NCBI GenBank assembly: GCA_002707765.1
Contig: PANV01000004.1
Location: forward strand, 32,868-80,960
Length of the DNA: 48,093 nucleotides
Direction of reading: 5' to 3'
Source of the DNA: Fidelibacterota bacterium
Lineage (GTDB): Bacteria > Fidelibacterota > Marinisomatia > SCGC-AAA003-L08 > D37C17
Part shown: positions 18,835-29,090 of the stretch, one piece after another
Layout: each line of letters starts with the position of its first letter
Numbering within the stretch: position 1 is the stretch's first letter
Program-made: the position numbers and the translations under genes
Notes under the pieces: generated by a model
Databases searched by the model: none
What the model was told of the DNA's origin: nothing
Seen by the model: the letters and a program-made list of their open reading frames with translations, nothing else

Positions 18835-21800
18835 ATGTATAAAAAAATTAATATTATCTTAGCTTTTTTATCGTTTTTTATTCCGCTTATCTTATATTTG
18901 ATGACTATGGCACCAACAACTTCATTTTGGGATTGTGGTGAATTTATAGCTACGTCTTATATTTTAGGTGTGCCACATCCACCAGGTTCTCCATTATTTT
19001 TACTTTTAGGTAATTTTTTCAGTAGTTTGCCTACTTTTTCAGATATTGGAGCCAGGGTTAATTTAATTTCTCCTATTGCTAGTGCACTTTCTGTAATGTT
19101 TTTATATTTGATTATAGTAAAATTAATTGAGGAGTATAGCGGTAAAGCAAATAATACTTCTAAAATTATAATAAATAATTTAAGTGCATTTATTGCATCT
19201 TTAACCTTCGCTGTTACTGATTCTCATTGGTTTAATGCTGTAGAGACTGAGGTATATTCTTTGTCAACATTTTTTACAGCTATTGTAATATGGATGATAT
19301 TGAAATGGTCTTCATTGTCTAATGAAAAATGGAATATAAGATATTTATTATTAATAGCTTATATGATGGGACTTGCTATTGGCATTCATATTTTAAATCT
19401 TTTAACAATGTCATTTATTGGATTAATTATTTATTTTAAAAAATATGAAGATGTGAGTATAAGCAGTATAATTAAAGTTTTATTTTTTACAACTTTAAGC
19501 TTTATAACTATTTACTATGGTATCATTTTAGGTCTTCCAGATATAGTAAGTAAATTTAACAGTCTTTTAATAATTATTTTCGGTATTACTTTTATCATAA
19601 CTTCAATTATTTTAATTCATTTAAGTTCCAAGAATAATTCATTGTTTAATCTTACAAGAATATTTTCGACTTTATCTATAATTTTCATAGTTTTTCTTTC
19701 CTTTAATAAATTATTTATTACGGATAAAAATTTTATATCTAACAACTTATCTAATCAAATTGTAGCTGTTGATGATGCCTATTATTATTATATGATTGAA
19801 TTAGAAAAGCAATCACCTAATTATGCAGATATTAATTATGATTATTTAGATCAGCTTAAAAAAGATAAGGCAATTTTGATAAAAAATCAAAAAATGTTTG
19901 ATAAGCAAGGTGATGATATGAGTTTTTTTGGTTTATTATTATGGCAATCCAAATCAGTTATTTTTACTTTATTATTAATTGTAATTGGAATTCCATTATT
20001 TATTTTTAGATTTTTTACTACACATGGAGATAATAAAAATCTACTTGTAATTAAAGTTTTATTATCATGTTTTTTACTAATAGTTATTGGCTATTCAACA
20101 TATACTACAATTTTCATAAGAGCTAATCAGGAACCGAGAATAAATGAAAATAATCCAAATACTCTTGATAGGGCGGTTTCTTATATTAATAGAGAACAAT
20201 ATGGTTCTATAAATTCTTTTAATCCAAAATCAGCAATCCAAAATAGTACAGGAGGACATTGGAAAAGATGGACAAATGATAAAGAAAATCCATCATTAAA
20301 AGAACAGTTTAATTTCATGTGGAATTATCAAATTAAAGAAATGTATTTAAGATATTTTGCCTGGCAATTTATTGGTAGATCAGATAAAAACAGTGATAAA
20401 GCATGGCTTATAAATGATATAGATGGAAACCCGATAGGAAATAGAGTTTTGGATGGAATAGATTTTTTTAGATATGGTTTGCCTATGGTACTTTTGTTTG
20501 GTATAATCGGTATTGTTGCACATTTCTCATCAGATTGGAAAAGAGCATTAGCAGTATTGAGTGTTTTTTTAGCCACTGGATTAATGCTTGTTATTTATTT
20601 AAATCAGTATGACCCCCAACCTAGAGAGCGTGATTATTCCTATGTAGGTAGTTTTTTTGCATTTTCGATTTGGGTTGGTATAGGTATCAGTTTTATTCAA
20701 AAAAAAATCAAGGATTTTTTTGAGGATTCAAATATTTCATCTTTTATTTCTTTTAGTATTATATGTTTTATTTTTATTTCAATGACATTCACAATGGTGA
20801 TAAAAGATTATAATGAGCATTCAAGAAGAGGAAACTATGTTGCATGGGATTATGGATATAACCTCTTAAATTCATGTGAGCCCAATGCTATTATATTCAC
20901 TAATGGAGACAATGATACTTTTCCTTTATGGTATCTTCAAGAAGTTGAAAAAATAAGAAGAGATGTAAGAGTAGTTAATCTTAGTTTATTAAACACTCCT
21001 TGGTATATTAATCAGCTTATGAAAGATGAGCCAAAACTTGATATAAAATTTTCTAATTCATTATTAAAAAAAGATATTTATAATATTGAAAATGAATATA
21101 TAATCAGTACTGAAGAAGGATATAAATTATGTTCAAATGAGTTTACAGGTAAAGTACCTTGGTCAAATTTAGATTGTAATTTGAAAATTGATAAAAGTAT
21201 AGAGTTTAAATTTCAAGTTCCCGCTTATAGACAACAAGTATTAAGAATTCAAGATTATATGATTTTGCAGTTAATTAAAGATTTATATTTAGAACGACCT
21301 ATTTATTTTGCTGCAACAGTTTCTGAAAATAATCAAGTAGGGTTAAAAAGGTATTTACAGATGGAAGGTATGACTTATAAATTGGTATCAGAAAAACTTC
21401 CTGATAACATTGTAGAAAGTATTAATTATGAAAAAATGAAATTAAATCTTTCAGAAGGAAATTTAGAGGATATTATTTTTAATGTAGATGATTATAATAA
21501 TGCAATTGATGAAAAAACAGGTATTTATAGATACAGAAATTTAGCTGATTCTACTATAGTTTTTAGTGACAATATTAAAAGATTAGTTCAAAATTATAGA
21601 ATAGGATATTTAAGATTGATGCAATATCAAATTGATAGAAATAATAGTAAAGAAGTTGAATTATTGATAAAAAGATTAAATGATTATTTCCCAGTTGAAA
21701 CATTACCAATGGATCCGTGGCTTGGATTTGAGTTAATGGATAAAATTTATGAGCCAACCAATAATTATATAGAAATAGAGAAAATGATAGATCATCTCAT

Positions 21801-22443
21801 TAAAAATAATTCAGATATTAATATAAAATTATTAAGCATATTAAAATTACATGATGTGTTTAAATCGGGTGCAAAGACTGATGATTTGATTATTTCAAAT
21901 TTTATTAATAATATGCAATTAAGGCATAGGCTTGCCCTCCTAGATGAAATTAGTAGAAAAATAGAAAGTCTAGAACAAGTACCTATTCAATTTATGTTAC
22001 AATTATTAGATGATTCTTCATACTACACATTTAATGAAAAGCTAATTTTATATCAATCAATTACACAGATCATATCTAAAGTAAATTTTGATTCATTTAT
22101 TAATGAAAAGTATGCAAAGCTAATTAAAAATTTATTAGTTGAACATTATGATAATGATTTAAAAGATGTAGATTATCAAAAATTTTTATCAGATAACTTA
22201 TCTATTTTAATTGGTGTGCAACAGTTTTTTGAATTTTCTAAACCATATATTATAGATAATCAAAGAATTGAAGGTATGCTTTATACATATATAAATTTAA
22301 TAATAGCAGAAGTAGAACAAGGTAATTCATCAGCAATTGACGATGCACTAACTGCTTTAAATTCATGGATTGAATTATATCCTGGTAATCAAAGATTAAT
22401 AAATAAACAAAAAATCTTTGAATCGAAAATTCTTCCTAATTAA
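18835..22443 (+). CDS. DUF2723-family polytopic membrane protein (GT-C-like, TMEM260-related) with a large soluble C-terminal region
   Basis: 1202 aa. Hallmark N-terminus MAPTTSFWDCGEFIATSYILGVPHPPGSPLF, then many hydrophobic segments. After about aa 650 comes the soluble region NGDNDTFPLWYLQEVE... Confidence 0.7.
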   Translation: MYKKINIILAFLSFFIPLILYLMTMAPTTSFWDCGEFIATSYILGVPHPPGSPLFLLLGNFFSSLPTFSDIGARVNLISPIASALSVMFLYLIIVKLIEEYSGKANNTSKIIINNLSAFIASLTFAVTDSHWFNAVETEVYSLSTFFTAIVIWMILKWSSLSNEKWNIRYLLLIAYMMGLAIGIHILNLLTMSFIGLIIYFKKYEDVSISSIIKVLFFTTLSFITIYYGIILGLPDIVSKFNSLLIIIFGITFIITSIILIHLSSKNNSLFNLTRIFSTLSIIFIVFLSFNKLFITDKNFISNNLSNQIVAVDDAYYYYMIELEKQSPNYADINYDYLDQLKKDKAILIKNQKMFDKQGDDMSFFGLLLWQSKSVIFTLLLIVIGIPLFIFRFFTTHGDNKNLLVIKVLLSCFLLIVIGYSTYTTIFIRANQEPRINENNPNTLDRAVSYINREQYGSINSFNPKSAIQNSTGGHWKRWTNDKENPSLKEQFNFMWNYQIKEMYLRYFAWQFIGRSDKNSDKAWLINDIDGNPIGNRVLDGIDFFRYGLPMVLLFGIIGIVAHFSSDWKRALAVLSVFLATGLMLVIYLNQYDPQPRERDYSYVGSFFAFSIWVGIGISFIQKKIKDFFEDSNISSFISFSIICFIFISMTFTMVIKDYNEHSRRGNYVAWDYGYNLLNSCEPNAIIFTNGDNDTFPLWYLQEVEKIRRDVRVVNLSLLNTPWYINQLMKDEPKLDIKFSNSLLKKDIYNIENEYIISTEEGYKLCSNEFTGKVPWSNLDCNLKIDKSIEFKFQVPAYRQQVLRIQDYMILQLIKDLYLERPIYFAATVSENNQVGLKRYLQMEGMTYKLVSEKLPDNIVESINYEKMKLNLSEGNLEDIIFNVDDYNNAIDEKTGIYRYRNLADSTIVFSDNIKRLVQNYRIGYLRLMQYQIDRNNSKEVELLIKRLNDYFPVETLPMDPWLGFELMDKIYEPTNNYIEIEKMIDHLIKNNSDINIKLLSILKLHDVFKSGAKTDDLIISNFINNMQLRHRLALLDEISRKIESLEQVPIQFMLQLLDDSSYYTFNEKLILYQSITQIISKVNFDSFINEKYAKLIKNLLVEHYDNDLKDVDYQKFLSDNLSILIGVQQFFEFSKPYIIDNQRIEGMLYTYINLIIAEVEQGNSSAIDDALTALNSWIELYPGNQRLINKQKIFESKILPN

Positions 22444-23474
22444 TGAAAATTAAAATATCAATTATAATACCTCATTATAATAATTTTCAAATTTTATTGA
22501 ACTGTATAGAGTCTATTTATAAATCTACATTTAAAGATTTTGAAATTATTGTTGTTGATAATGGTAGTAGTGATTCAAGTGATACCATTGTTAAAAAAAA
22601 ATTTCCAAAGGTTATTGTTAAAAAATCTGAAATTAATTTAGGATATGCTGGTGGTTGTAACTTAGGTTCAAAAATTTCAAAAGGTGAATATCTATTATTT
22701 TTAAATAACGATACAATTATTGAAAAAAAATGTATTGAGAACCTATTTTTAAAGATTGAGTCAAATTCAAATACATCTTCTGTTCAGCCTAAAATTTTAA
22801 ATTTTAATAATAAATCATTTTTTGATTATGCAGGAGCTAGTGGTGGTTTTATTGATTATTTAGTTTATCCATTTGCAAGAGGTAGAGTTTTTAATACAAC
22901 TGAAAAAGATACTTCGCAATATGATAAATCTATAAAAATATTTTGGGCATCTGGAGCATGTTTTTTAACAAGGAAAAAAGCTTTTGAGAATCTAAATGGT
23001 TTTGATGAAAACTTATTTGCTCACATGGAGGAAATAGATTATCATTGGAAATGTCATCTTAAAAATTATGATGTGTGGGTTGAACCTAAAGCAATTTTAT
23101 TTCATTATGGAGCACAAACTTTAAAAGTTACTTCACCCCAAAAAACGTATCTAAATCATAGAAATAGTTTGATTCTACTATTATCTAACTATTCCTTGAT
23201 TCGTTCTATCACTTATTTTTTTACAAGAATACCTTTAGAAATTCTATCTTCATTTTATGATTTATTCAATTTAAGAATATGTCATTTTATTGCTCATTAT
23301 AAGGCTCTCTTATCAATATTATTTAATTTAAAATTAATAGCTGAAAAAAGAAATTTTATCAGAAAAATTAGATTGATTGATGATAATACCCTTTTTAATA
23401 AAAAAATTGTTTTAAATAAAAGTATTGTAATCAGATATTTTTTTATGAGAGTAGTTAATTTTAAAGATTTATAA
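22443..23474 (+). CDS. Family 2 glycosyltransferase
   Basis: 343 aa: ISIIIPHYNN...FEIIVVDNGSSD...LFLNNDT, the GT-A/GT2 N-terminal signature. The start overlaps the upstream stop (TAATG). Confidence 0.8.
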   Translation: MKIKISIIIPHYNNFQILLNCIESIYKSTFKDFEIIVVDNGSSDSSDTIVKKKFPKVIVKKSEINLGYAGGCNLGSKISKGEYLLFLNNDTIIEKKCIENLFLKIESNSNTSSVQPKILNFNNKSFFDYAGASGGFIDYLVYPFARGRVFNTTEKDTSQYDKSIKIFWASGACFLTRKKAFENLNGFDENLFAHMEEIDYHWKCHLKNYDVWVEPKAILFHYGAQTLKVTSPQKTYLNHRNSLILLLSNYSLIRSITYFFTRIPLEILSSFYDLFNLRICHFIAHYKALLSILFNLKLIAEKRNFIRKIRLIDDNTLFNKKIVLNKSIVIRYFFMRVVNFKDL

Positions 23475-23477
23475 ATT

Positions 23478-24446
23478 CTATTGAATAATTATATAAATAA
23501 AAAAGATAATATATATTGCAAGCATTGCTTTAGCTTCAATCTTAGAAAGTCTCCAATTAGAAGAAATTAGTATCATGCTCACTATAGAACTAATTAATAA
23601 GTATATGAGTAGAATAAAGCTTTCATTCCAATTAATATAAATCCCATTAAAATAAACAATAGGTAAACCTAAGCAAATAAGTATGTCAAAAGTATTGGAT
23701 CCCAAAGCATTACTAATTGCAGCATCAGCATCACCCCTTTTTGCTGAAATAATTGATAAAAAAGTGTCAGGCAAAGACGTTATAGCAGCTAAAATAATTA
23801 CACCAATTGCTGTTTTGGATAAACCTAAAGTAGTAAATAGTTTTAAACTGTTATCTACTAAAAAATGAACAGAAATTGCGATGATTATCATACTTAGTGT
23901 AATAAAAAATATAATCTTAATAAGAGATTGATTATTTAAAGTTCTATTAATTTTAGAATCAGAATTTTTAGATTCAAAAATTAAGAAAACTAAATATAAT
24001 ATGTACAATAATATAAATACACTACCAGATGATTTATTAATAAATTTCTGTTCGATATTAGTAGGATTTGGAGAACCAAAATATATCATTAAAATTAGAA
24101 AAATAATGGTTAGTATGTAAATTATTCCATCTCTATAAACAACTTTTTTTTCAACATTCATACTCTTATTAGTAAATATTACACATAACGATGGTATTAT
24201 TAGTATGTTATATAGAGCAGAACCTGCAACTGCACCTAAACCAGCTTCAAATGAACCAGCATAAAGACAAAATATAACGGTGCAAAATTCTGGAAAAGAG
24301 CTACCTACTGCATCAAGCGTTGCTCCTTTAACGCTACTTGGAATATTATATTTGTTACCTAGGTTTTCTGTTTCACGACCAAGAATATTTGATGCATGCC
24401 ATATTGTATAAGTTGTGATTAATATAATTAATATTTCTAAAAACAT
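23478..24446 (-). CDS. Ca2+/cation (Na+/Ca2+) antiporter, CaCA family (YrbG-like)
   Basis: 322 aa, about 10 hydrophobic segments, two alpha-repeat motifs GSSFPEF and ITSLPDTFLS. Confidence 0.75.
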   Translation of the reverse strand: MFLEILIILITTYTIWHASNILGRETENLGNKYNIPSSVKGATLDAVGSSFPEFCTVIFCLYAGSFEAGLGAVAGSALYNILIIPSLCVIFTNKSMNVEKKVVYRDGIIYILTIIFLILMIYFGSPNPTNIEQKFINKSSGSVFILLYILYLVFLIFESKNSDSKINRTLNNQSLIKIIFFITLSMIIIAISVHFLVDNSLKLFTTLGLSKTAIGVIILAAITSLPDTFLSIISAKRGDADAAISNALGSNTFDILICLGLPIVYFNGIYINWNESFILLIYLLISSIVSMILISSNWRLSKIEAKAMLAIYIIFFIYIIIQ

Positions 24447-24469
24447 TTTATCGAAATGAAAAAATTAAG

Positions 24470-24550
24470 TGCCGCGAGAGGGAGTCGAACCCCCACGCCA
24501 AAGGCACTGGTTCCTAAGACCAGCGTGTCTACCAATTCCACCATCGCGGC
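24470..24550 (-). tRNA. tRNA-Leu (anticodon UAG)
   Basis: A GC-rich island in AT-rich DNA. The reverse complement folds by hand into a cloverleaf: acceptor GCCGCGA/TCGCGGC, D arm GTG-GAATTGGTAGA-CAC, anticodon stem CTGGT/ACCAG with loop CTTAGGA (TAG), a 12-nt variable arm GCC-TTT-GGC, T arm GGGGG-TTCGACT-CCCTC and discriminator A. CCA is not encoded. Confidence 0.9.
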
Positions 24551-24569
24551 AAATAGTTTAAAAGACCTA

Positions 24570-26951
24570 CTACAATGTCACACCAAAATTAAAGTAAAAT
24601 AATCTAATTTCTTTACTATTTTTATTATAAGGTATTTTATGTCCTTTGGCATAAGTAAAATTTATAGGGCCTAAAAACGATCTGATTTTGATACTAATAC
24701 CATAATTTAATGGACCATTATTATGATTATTAATCTTAACTAATTTATTTATGACAAATCTATAAGTTACACTACTTTTAAAATGGTATTGATACTCCAT
24801 ACCTATTAAATTTAAATCATTTGCAGTTAAATTAAATTCTTTATATCCTAAAGCCCAATCCGTTCCTCCATAGAATGTTGTCAAATATGTAGGAATTAAT
24901 TGACTTGATTTTCTTATAATATTAAATATTCTAAAGGTGTGATTAAAATTAATTGATTTATAGTTTTCAAAATTTAAATTAAAAATTTGGAATCCATTAG
25001 AAACAGGCATTAAACTTTCATTAGATGTAAAAAAATTATCATGGCTTTTCTTGAAATTTAAATTAAGTCTATATCCATTTTTAGGATGTAATAAATCATC
25101 TATTTGGTCTAAATCAAATTCAAATTTATATAAAGATATGTTATTATTTTTAAAATTATTATCATTTCTATTAATCTCAAATTTATATTTGCTATTAAAT
25201 TTTGTTGAACTTATTTCAAAAGAACCATATTTGTAAATGGGATAAATTACTCCATAAGAAAAACTTTTATAATTATGCTCAATATTTTGGATCGTATTTT
25301 CATTAAAAAAGTTATACAATCCAATATTTTTAATTTGATTAGTAAACTCTATAAAAGGAATTAAGTTTGATTTACTATTATTATTGATTAAATAGTAAAT
25401 ACTTAGTTGATTTCTTTTTAAACCTGAAAATAAAAGTTCATTTTGAAATCTTAAATTTTTCAATGGTTTATTGAAGATATCAATCTTAATTTTTCCAATT
25501 AGTTTATAATAATTATCCCACAATACACCTAACTTTAATTTTTTATCTTCAGCTTCTTTAACATTAATATTAAGTGTATAGGTACCTTCATTAAATAAAT
25601 CATAATTAATATATTCAAAAAGTTCAGTTTCATAAGCTGTTTTAATTTCTTCATTGAGTTTTATAATATCAAGTTCTTCATTTTTCTTTAATGAGAACAT
25701 AGATAAAATTTTATTATTTGAAATTTTATTGTTACCAATCACATTGATTTCATTTAAAATTATAGGTTGATTCTTTTCGCCAAATAAATACATATCATAA
25801 GTATCATTAAAATTATTTTTTTTATATTTTGAATAAACATTATGATAACGTTTTAAACTCCTTATTTTTAAAATATTATCCGTAATCTTTGATTTATAAA
25901 TTTCAGATTTTAAATTAAATAGATTATGAATTATAGAATCATCTTTTAAATCATTACTTAGTATTAAAGAATCAAGTTTGAATTTATTTTGAGGTATGGC
26001 AGAAATATTAATAAGAAGGTTTTCTTTTTTTTGTAATTTTAAAAAATAGTTTAAATTTTCATAAGCTGCTTTTTTGCCCTCAAGTTTCATTTTATTAATA
26101 TCATCTACATTGTAGCTTACAACATTTAAATCATTTATTTTTGGCTTAACTAAAATATCAGATTTTCTAGAATTAATTTTTTTATTTTTACTACCGTATA
26201 AATCCATTATTTTGTAAACAATATTAAAAATATCAACAATTTCATCCTTTGACTTATCATCTGATGTTACATCAGATGATATTATGTAATTCGCACCTAA
26301 ACTCTCAGCTAAATTTGTTGGAATATTATTAATCAAACCTCCATCAACTAAAAGTTTATCTTCATATTCAATCGGACTAAAAATTGTTGGTATAGATGTA
26401 GAAACTCTAAGTGATTTTGCCAATGACCCTTTATTGAAGATATATTCTTCACCGCTAATGATATCTGTTGCATTACATCTAAATGGTATCAATAAATTGT
26501 CAAAATTACTGATATGAGTATATTCACTAAATAAATCTAGTAAGTGTTCATAGCTATACTGTCCATTTGATAGTGAAATAGGAGTTGTAGGTCTAAATCC
26601 TCTTAAAAAAAAAGTTAAATTAAATTTTGAGTGATCTTTTTTTCTAAAGTAAAGTAGTTCATCTCTAGATCTTGATTGACCAAAAATTTCTTTCCAATTT
26701 GTTTGCGAACCTATTATATCTATTTCTGGAGGCGAATGACCGGTAGCATAAAGTGCTGCTGAAATTGCACCAATTGAAGAACCAACAACAAAATCAATGG
26801 GAATATTTAATGAGTCAATCATTTGGAGAGTTCCCAAATGACCAAATCCCTTAATACCTCCACCTGATAATACTAATCCTATTTTTTTTTCTTCAGACAA
26901 AAGTACACAACAAGATAGTATTATTAAAGTTTTTGTAACAAATTTTTTCAT
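24570..26951 (-). CDS. Patatin-like phospholipase fused to a POTRA/Omp85-type outer-membrane barrel (PlpD-like, type Vd-like)
   Basis: GLVLSGGGIKGFGHLG (oxyanion), GSSIG (GxSxG nucleophile) and VDGGLINN (catalytic Asp). The C-terminal ~400 aa are Tyr/Asn/Phe-rich beta-strand sequence ending ...LFYFNFGVTL. The track ORF starts at 26999; the internal ATG at 26951 gives a clean signal peptide MKKFVTKTLIILSCCVLL and is preferred. Confidence 0.75.
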   Translation of the reverse strand: MKKFVTKTLIILSCCVLLSEEKKIGLVLSGGGIKGFGHLGTLQMIDSLNIPIDFVVGSSIGAISAALYATGHSPPEIDIIGSQTNWKEIFGQSRSRDELLYFRKKDHSKFNLTFFLRGFRPTTPISLSNGQYSYEHLLDLFSEYTHISNFDNLLIPFRCNATDIISGEEYIFNKGSLAKSLRVSTSIPTIFSPIEYEDKLLVDGGLINNIPTNLAESLGANYIISSDVTSDDKSKDEIVDIFNIVYKIMDLYGSKNKKINSRKSDILVKPKINDLNVVSYNVDDINKMKLEGKKAAYENLNYFLKLQKKENLLINISAIPQNKFKLDSLILSNDLKDDSIIHNLFNLKSEIYKSKITDNILKIRSLKRYHNVYSKYKKNNFNDTYDMYLFGEKNQPIILNEINVIGNNKISNNKILSMFSLKKNEELDIIKLNEEIKTAYETELFEYINYDLFNEGTYTLNINVKEAEDKKLKLGVLWDNYYKLIGKIKIDIFNKPLKNLRFQNELLFSGLKRNQLSIYYLINNNSKSNLIPFIEFTNQIKNIGLYNFFNENTIQNIEHNYKSFSYGVIYPIYKYGSFEISSTKFNSKYKFEINRNDNNFKNNNISLYKFEFDLDQIDDLLHPKNGYRLNLNFKKSHDNFFTSNESLMPVSNGFQIFNLNFENYKSINFNHTFRIFNIIRKSSQLIPTYLTTFYGGTDWALGYKEFNLTANDLNLIGMEYQYHFKSSVTYRFVINKLVKINNHNNGPLNYGISIKIRSFLGPINFTYAKGHKIPYNKNSKEIRLFYFNFGVTL

Positions 26952-27035
26952 AAAAATATTTAATAAAATTATTTGAATTGTATAAATTAGACAGTACAAA
27001 CTATATTAATCAATATTTAATGAAAGGAATAAGCT

Positions 27036-27341
27036 TTGGATTTATCAGAAAAAATTAAAAAAGATATTAAAGATAATAAAATAATGCTATATATGAAAGG
27101 TACTAAAGAAATGCCTATGTGTGGATTTTCTTCTACAGTTGTTAATATTTTAAATCTACATAAAGTAGATTATAAAACTACCAATGTTTTAGAAGATATA
27201 AATATTAGACATGAATTATCAAAATTATCTAATTGGCCAACTATTCCCCAGTTATTTTATAAAGGTGAATTGATTGGAGGTTGTGATATCGCAGTAGAAT
27301 TACATAACTCGGGTCAACTGAAAGAAATCTTTGAAAAGTAA
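27036..27341 (+). CDS. grxD: Monothiol glutaredoxin (Grx4 family, CGFS type)
   Basis: 101 aa: IMLYMKGTKEMPMCGFS, WPTIPQLF and GGCDI. TTG start; a later ATG would remove conserved N-terminal residues. Confidence 0.88.
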   Translation: MDLSEKIKKDIKDNKIMLYMKGTKEMPMCGFSSTVVNILNLHKVDYKTTNVLEDINIRHELSKLSNWPTIPQLFYKGELIGGCDIAVELHNSGQLKEIFEK

Positions 27342-27348
27342 AAAATAG

Positions 27349-28554
27349 TTAGTTTTTTAAAATTTTAACAATTTTTTTTAGTGATTTAATAAAAAAATCA
27401 ATCTCATCAATACTATTATAGAATTGAAAACTAATTCTATTTGTAAAGTTAGTTTTTAATTTTTTCATTAAAATTTGTCCACAATGGTGTCCAGCTCTTA
27501 TACATATATTATATTCACCAAGAAGCTTGGATATATCATATGGATGACACCCTGCAATATTAAATGAAACTATAGGGCCAAAATTTTTATCTTTATGTCC
27601 ATAAATATTTATATTATTAATATCTTTCAAGTTTTTTACTAAATAATCTGTAAGTTTTTTATTATGAATCTTTATTTCATCAAATCCTATTTTTTTAACA
27701 TAGTCAATGCTGTTTTTTAAGCCAATTACTTGCGCAATATTTGAAGTCCCAGCTTCAAACTTCCATGGTATTTCATTCCAGGTTGAAGTTTCGTAACCTA
27801 CTTCTTTATTCATATTTCCTCCTCTTAAGAAAGGAGGAAGTATATTTAAAAACTTTCTATTCATATAAAGTACACCAACACCAGTAGGACCCATAATTTT
27901 ATGTCCAGAAAAAACTAAAAAATCACAATTTAACTTTTTTACATCTATTTTTTCATGAGCTATGCTTTGTGCAGCATCAACTAATAAAGGAATATTATAT
28001 TTATTTGTTAGTTTAGAAATTTTATTTAAATCATTTATTGTCCCAAGAATATTTGACATGGAAATGATTGAGCATAACTTTGTTTTTTTATTAATAAGAG
28101 ATTCTAATTGATTTAAATCTAATTGTCCATCTTCATTTACTGGTATATACCTAATTTTAATATTCTTTTTTTCTTTTATCATTTGCCATGGTAAAATATT
28201 GCTATGATGCTCCATTTCTGAAATAATAATTTCATCCTCATCTTTTAATAAAGAGGTAAAAGAGTATGCTATAAGGTTTATAGATTCGGTGGTTCCAGTT
28301 GTGAATATTATTTCATCTTTTTCTGCATTAATAAAATTTGCTATAGTTTGTCTAGAATTTTCAAATTCTAATGTAGCTTTTTCTGCTATTTTATAATTAC
28401 CCCTATGAACATTAGCATTATAATGACTATAAAAATGAGAAATTGAATTGATTACACATTGTGGTTTTTGAGTTGTAGATGCATTATCAAAGTAAATGAG
28501 AGGATATTTTTCATTATTATTTTTAAAAATCGGGAAATCTTTTTTAAAATCCAT
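27349..28554 (-). CDS. sufS: Cysteine desulfurase SufS (group II)
   Basis: 401 aa: YFDNASTTQKP, the PLP-lysine context FSGHKIMGPTG and the active-site Cys context RAGHHCGQ. Last gene of the suf operon. Confidence 0.9.
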   Translation of the reverse strand: MDFKKDFPIFKNNNEKYPLIYFDNASTTQKPQCVINSISHFYSHYNANVHRGNYKIAEKATLEFENSRQTIANFINAEKDEIIFTTGTTESINLIAYSFTSLLKDEDEIIISEMEHHSNILPWQMIKEKKNIKIRYIPVNEDGQLDLNQLESLINKKTKLCSIISMSNILGTINDLNKISKLTNKYNIPLLVDAAQSIAHEKIDVKKLNCDFLVFSGHKIMGPTGVGVLYMNRKFLNILPPFLRGGNMNKEVGYETSTWNEIPWKFEAGTSNIAQVIGLKNSIDYVKKIGFDEIKIHNKKLTDYLVKNLKDINNINIYGHKDKNFGPIVSFNIAGCHPYDISKLLGEYNICIRAGHHCGQILMKKLKTNFTNRISFQFYNSIDEIDFFIKSLKKIVKILKN

Positions 28555-29090
28555 TACATCATTCCTAATTTAAGCTTTGCTTCTTCAGTCATCATTTCTT
28601 TATTCCATAATGGGTCCCAAACTAATTCAACAAGTACGTCATCAACAAAATGAAGAGATTGTACTTTGTGTTCGACATCTGCTGCAATAGTTGGTCCCAT
28701 CCCACATCCAGGTGCAGTTAATGTCATTTTAATTTTTACATAAAACTTTTCATTTTTTGATTGTTCATAACTAAGGTCATATATCAATCCTAAATCAACA
28801 ACATTAACTGGTATCTCAGGATCATAACATGTTTTAAGTTGTTCCCATATTAAATTTTCATCAAATTCTTGTTTTTGATTTACTTTGTTATTGTGTTCTA
28901 TTTTTTGACCAATAGCGTCGGCATCTTTACCATCAAGTTTTACTAAATTTCCGTTTACATATAATGTAAAATATCCGCCCAAAGATTGTGTTATTTTTAC
29001 AGGAGAGTCTTTAAGAATTTTTATTGAATCACCAGATGGAATCAGTACTCCATCGCAATCTCTTGAAATTTTTATAAAATTATTTTCCAT
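28554..29090 (-). CDS. sufT: Fe-S assembly protein SufT (long form, DUF59/MIP18 domain)
   Basis: 178 aa. An N-terminal ~80-aa domain plus DUF59 core LKTCYDPEIPVNVVDLGLIYDL...TLTAPGCGMG. 1-nt overlap with the sufS start. Confidence 0.75.
   Translation of the reverse strand: MENNFIKISRDCDGVLIPSGDSIKILKDSPVKITQSLGGYFTLYVNGNLVKLDGKDADAIGQKIEHNNKVNQKQEFDENLIWEQLKTCYDPEIPVNVVDLGLIYDLSYEQSKNEKFYVKIKMTLTAPGCGMGPTIAADVEHKVQSLHFVDDVLVELVWDPLWNKEMMTEEAKLKLGMM

Noticed and set aside
24447-24569. tRNA-Leu as the attachment site of an integrated element, with the flanking antiporter or patatin gene as cargo.
   Set aside because: No integrase, excisionase or duplicated tRNA 3'-end segment is seen in the flanks. 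The neighbouring genes look like ordinary chromosomal envelope genes.
26952-26999. Longer N-terminal extensions suggested by the track: patatin gene from 26999, sufB from 32860, cobS from 37398 and cobC from 38186.
   Set aside because: The internal ATGs give canonical N-termini (a signal peptide, [25 protein letters not shown]) and remove long overlaps with upstream genes. The extensions are hydrophobic or nonsense-looking and not needed.
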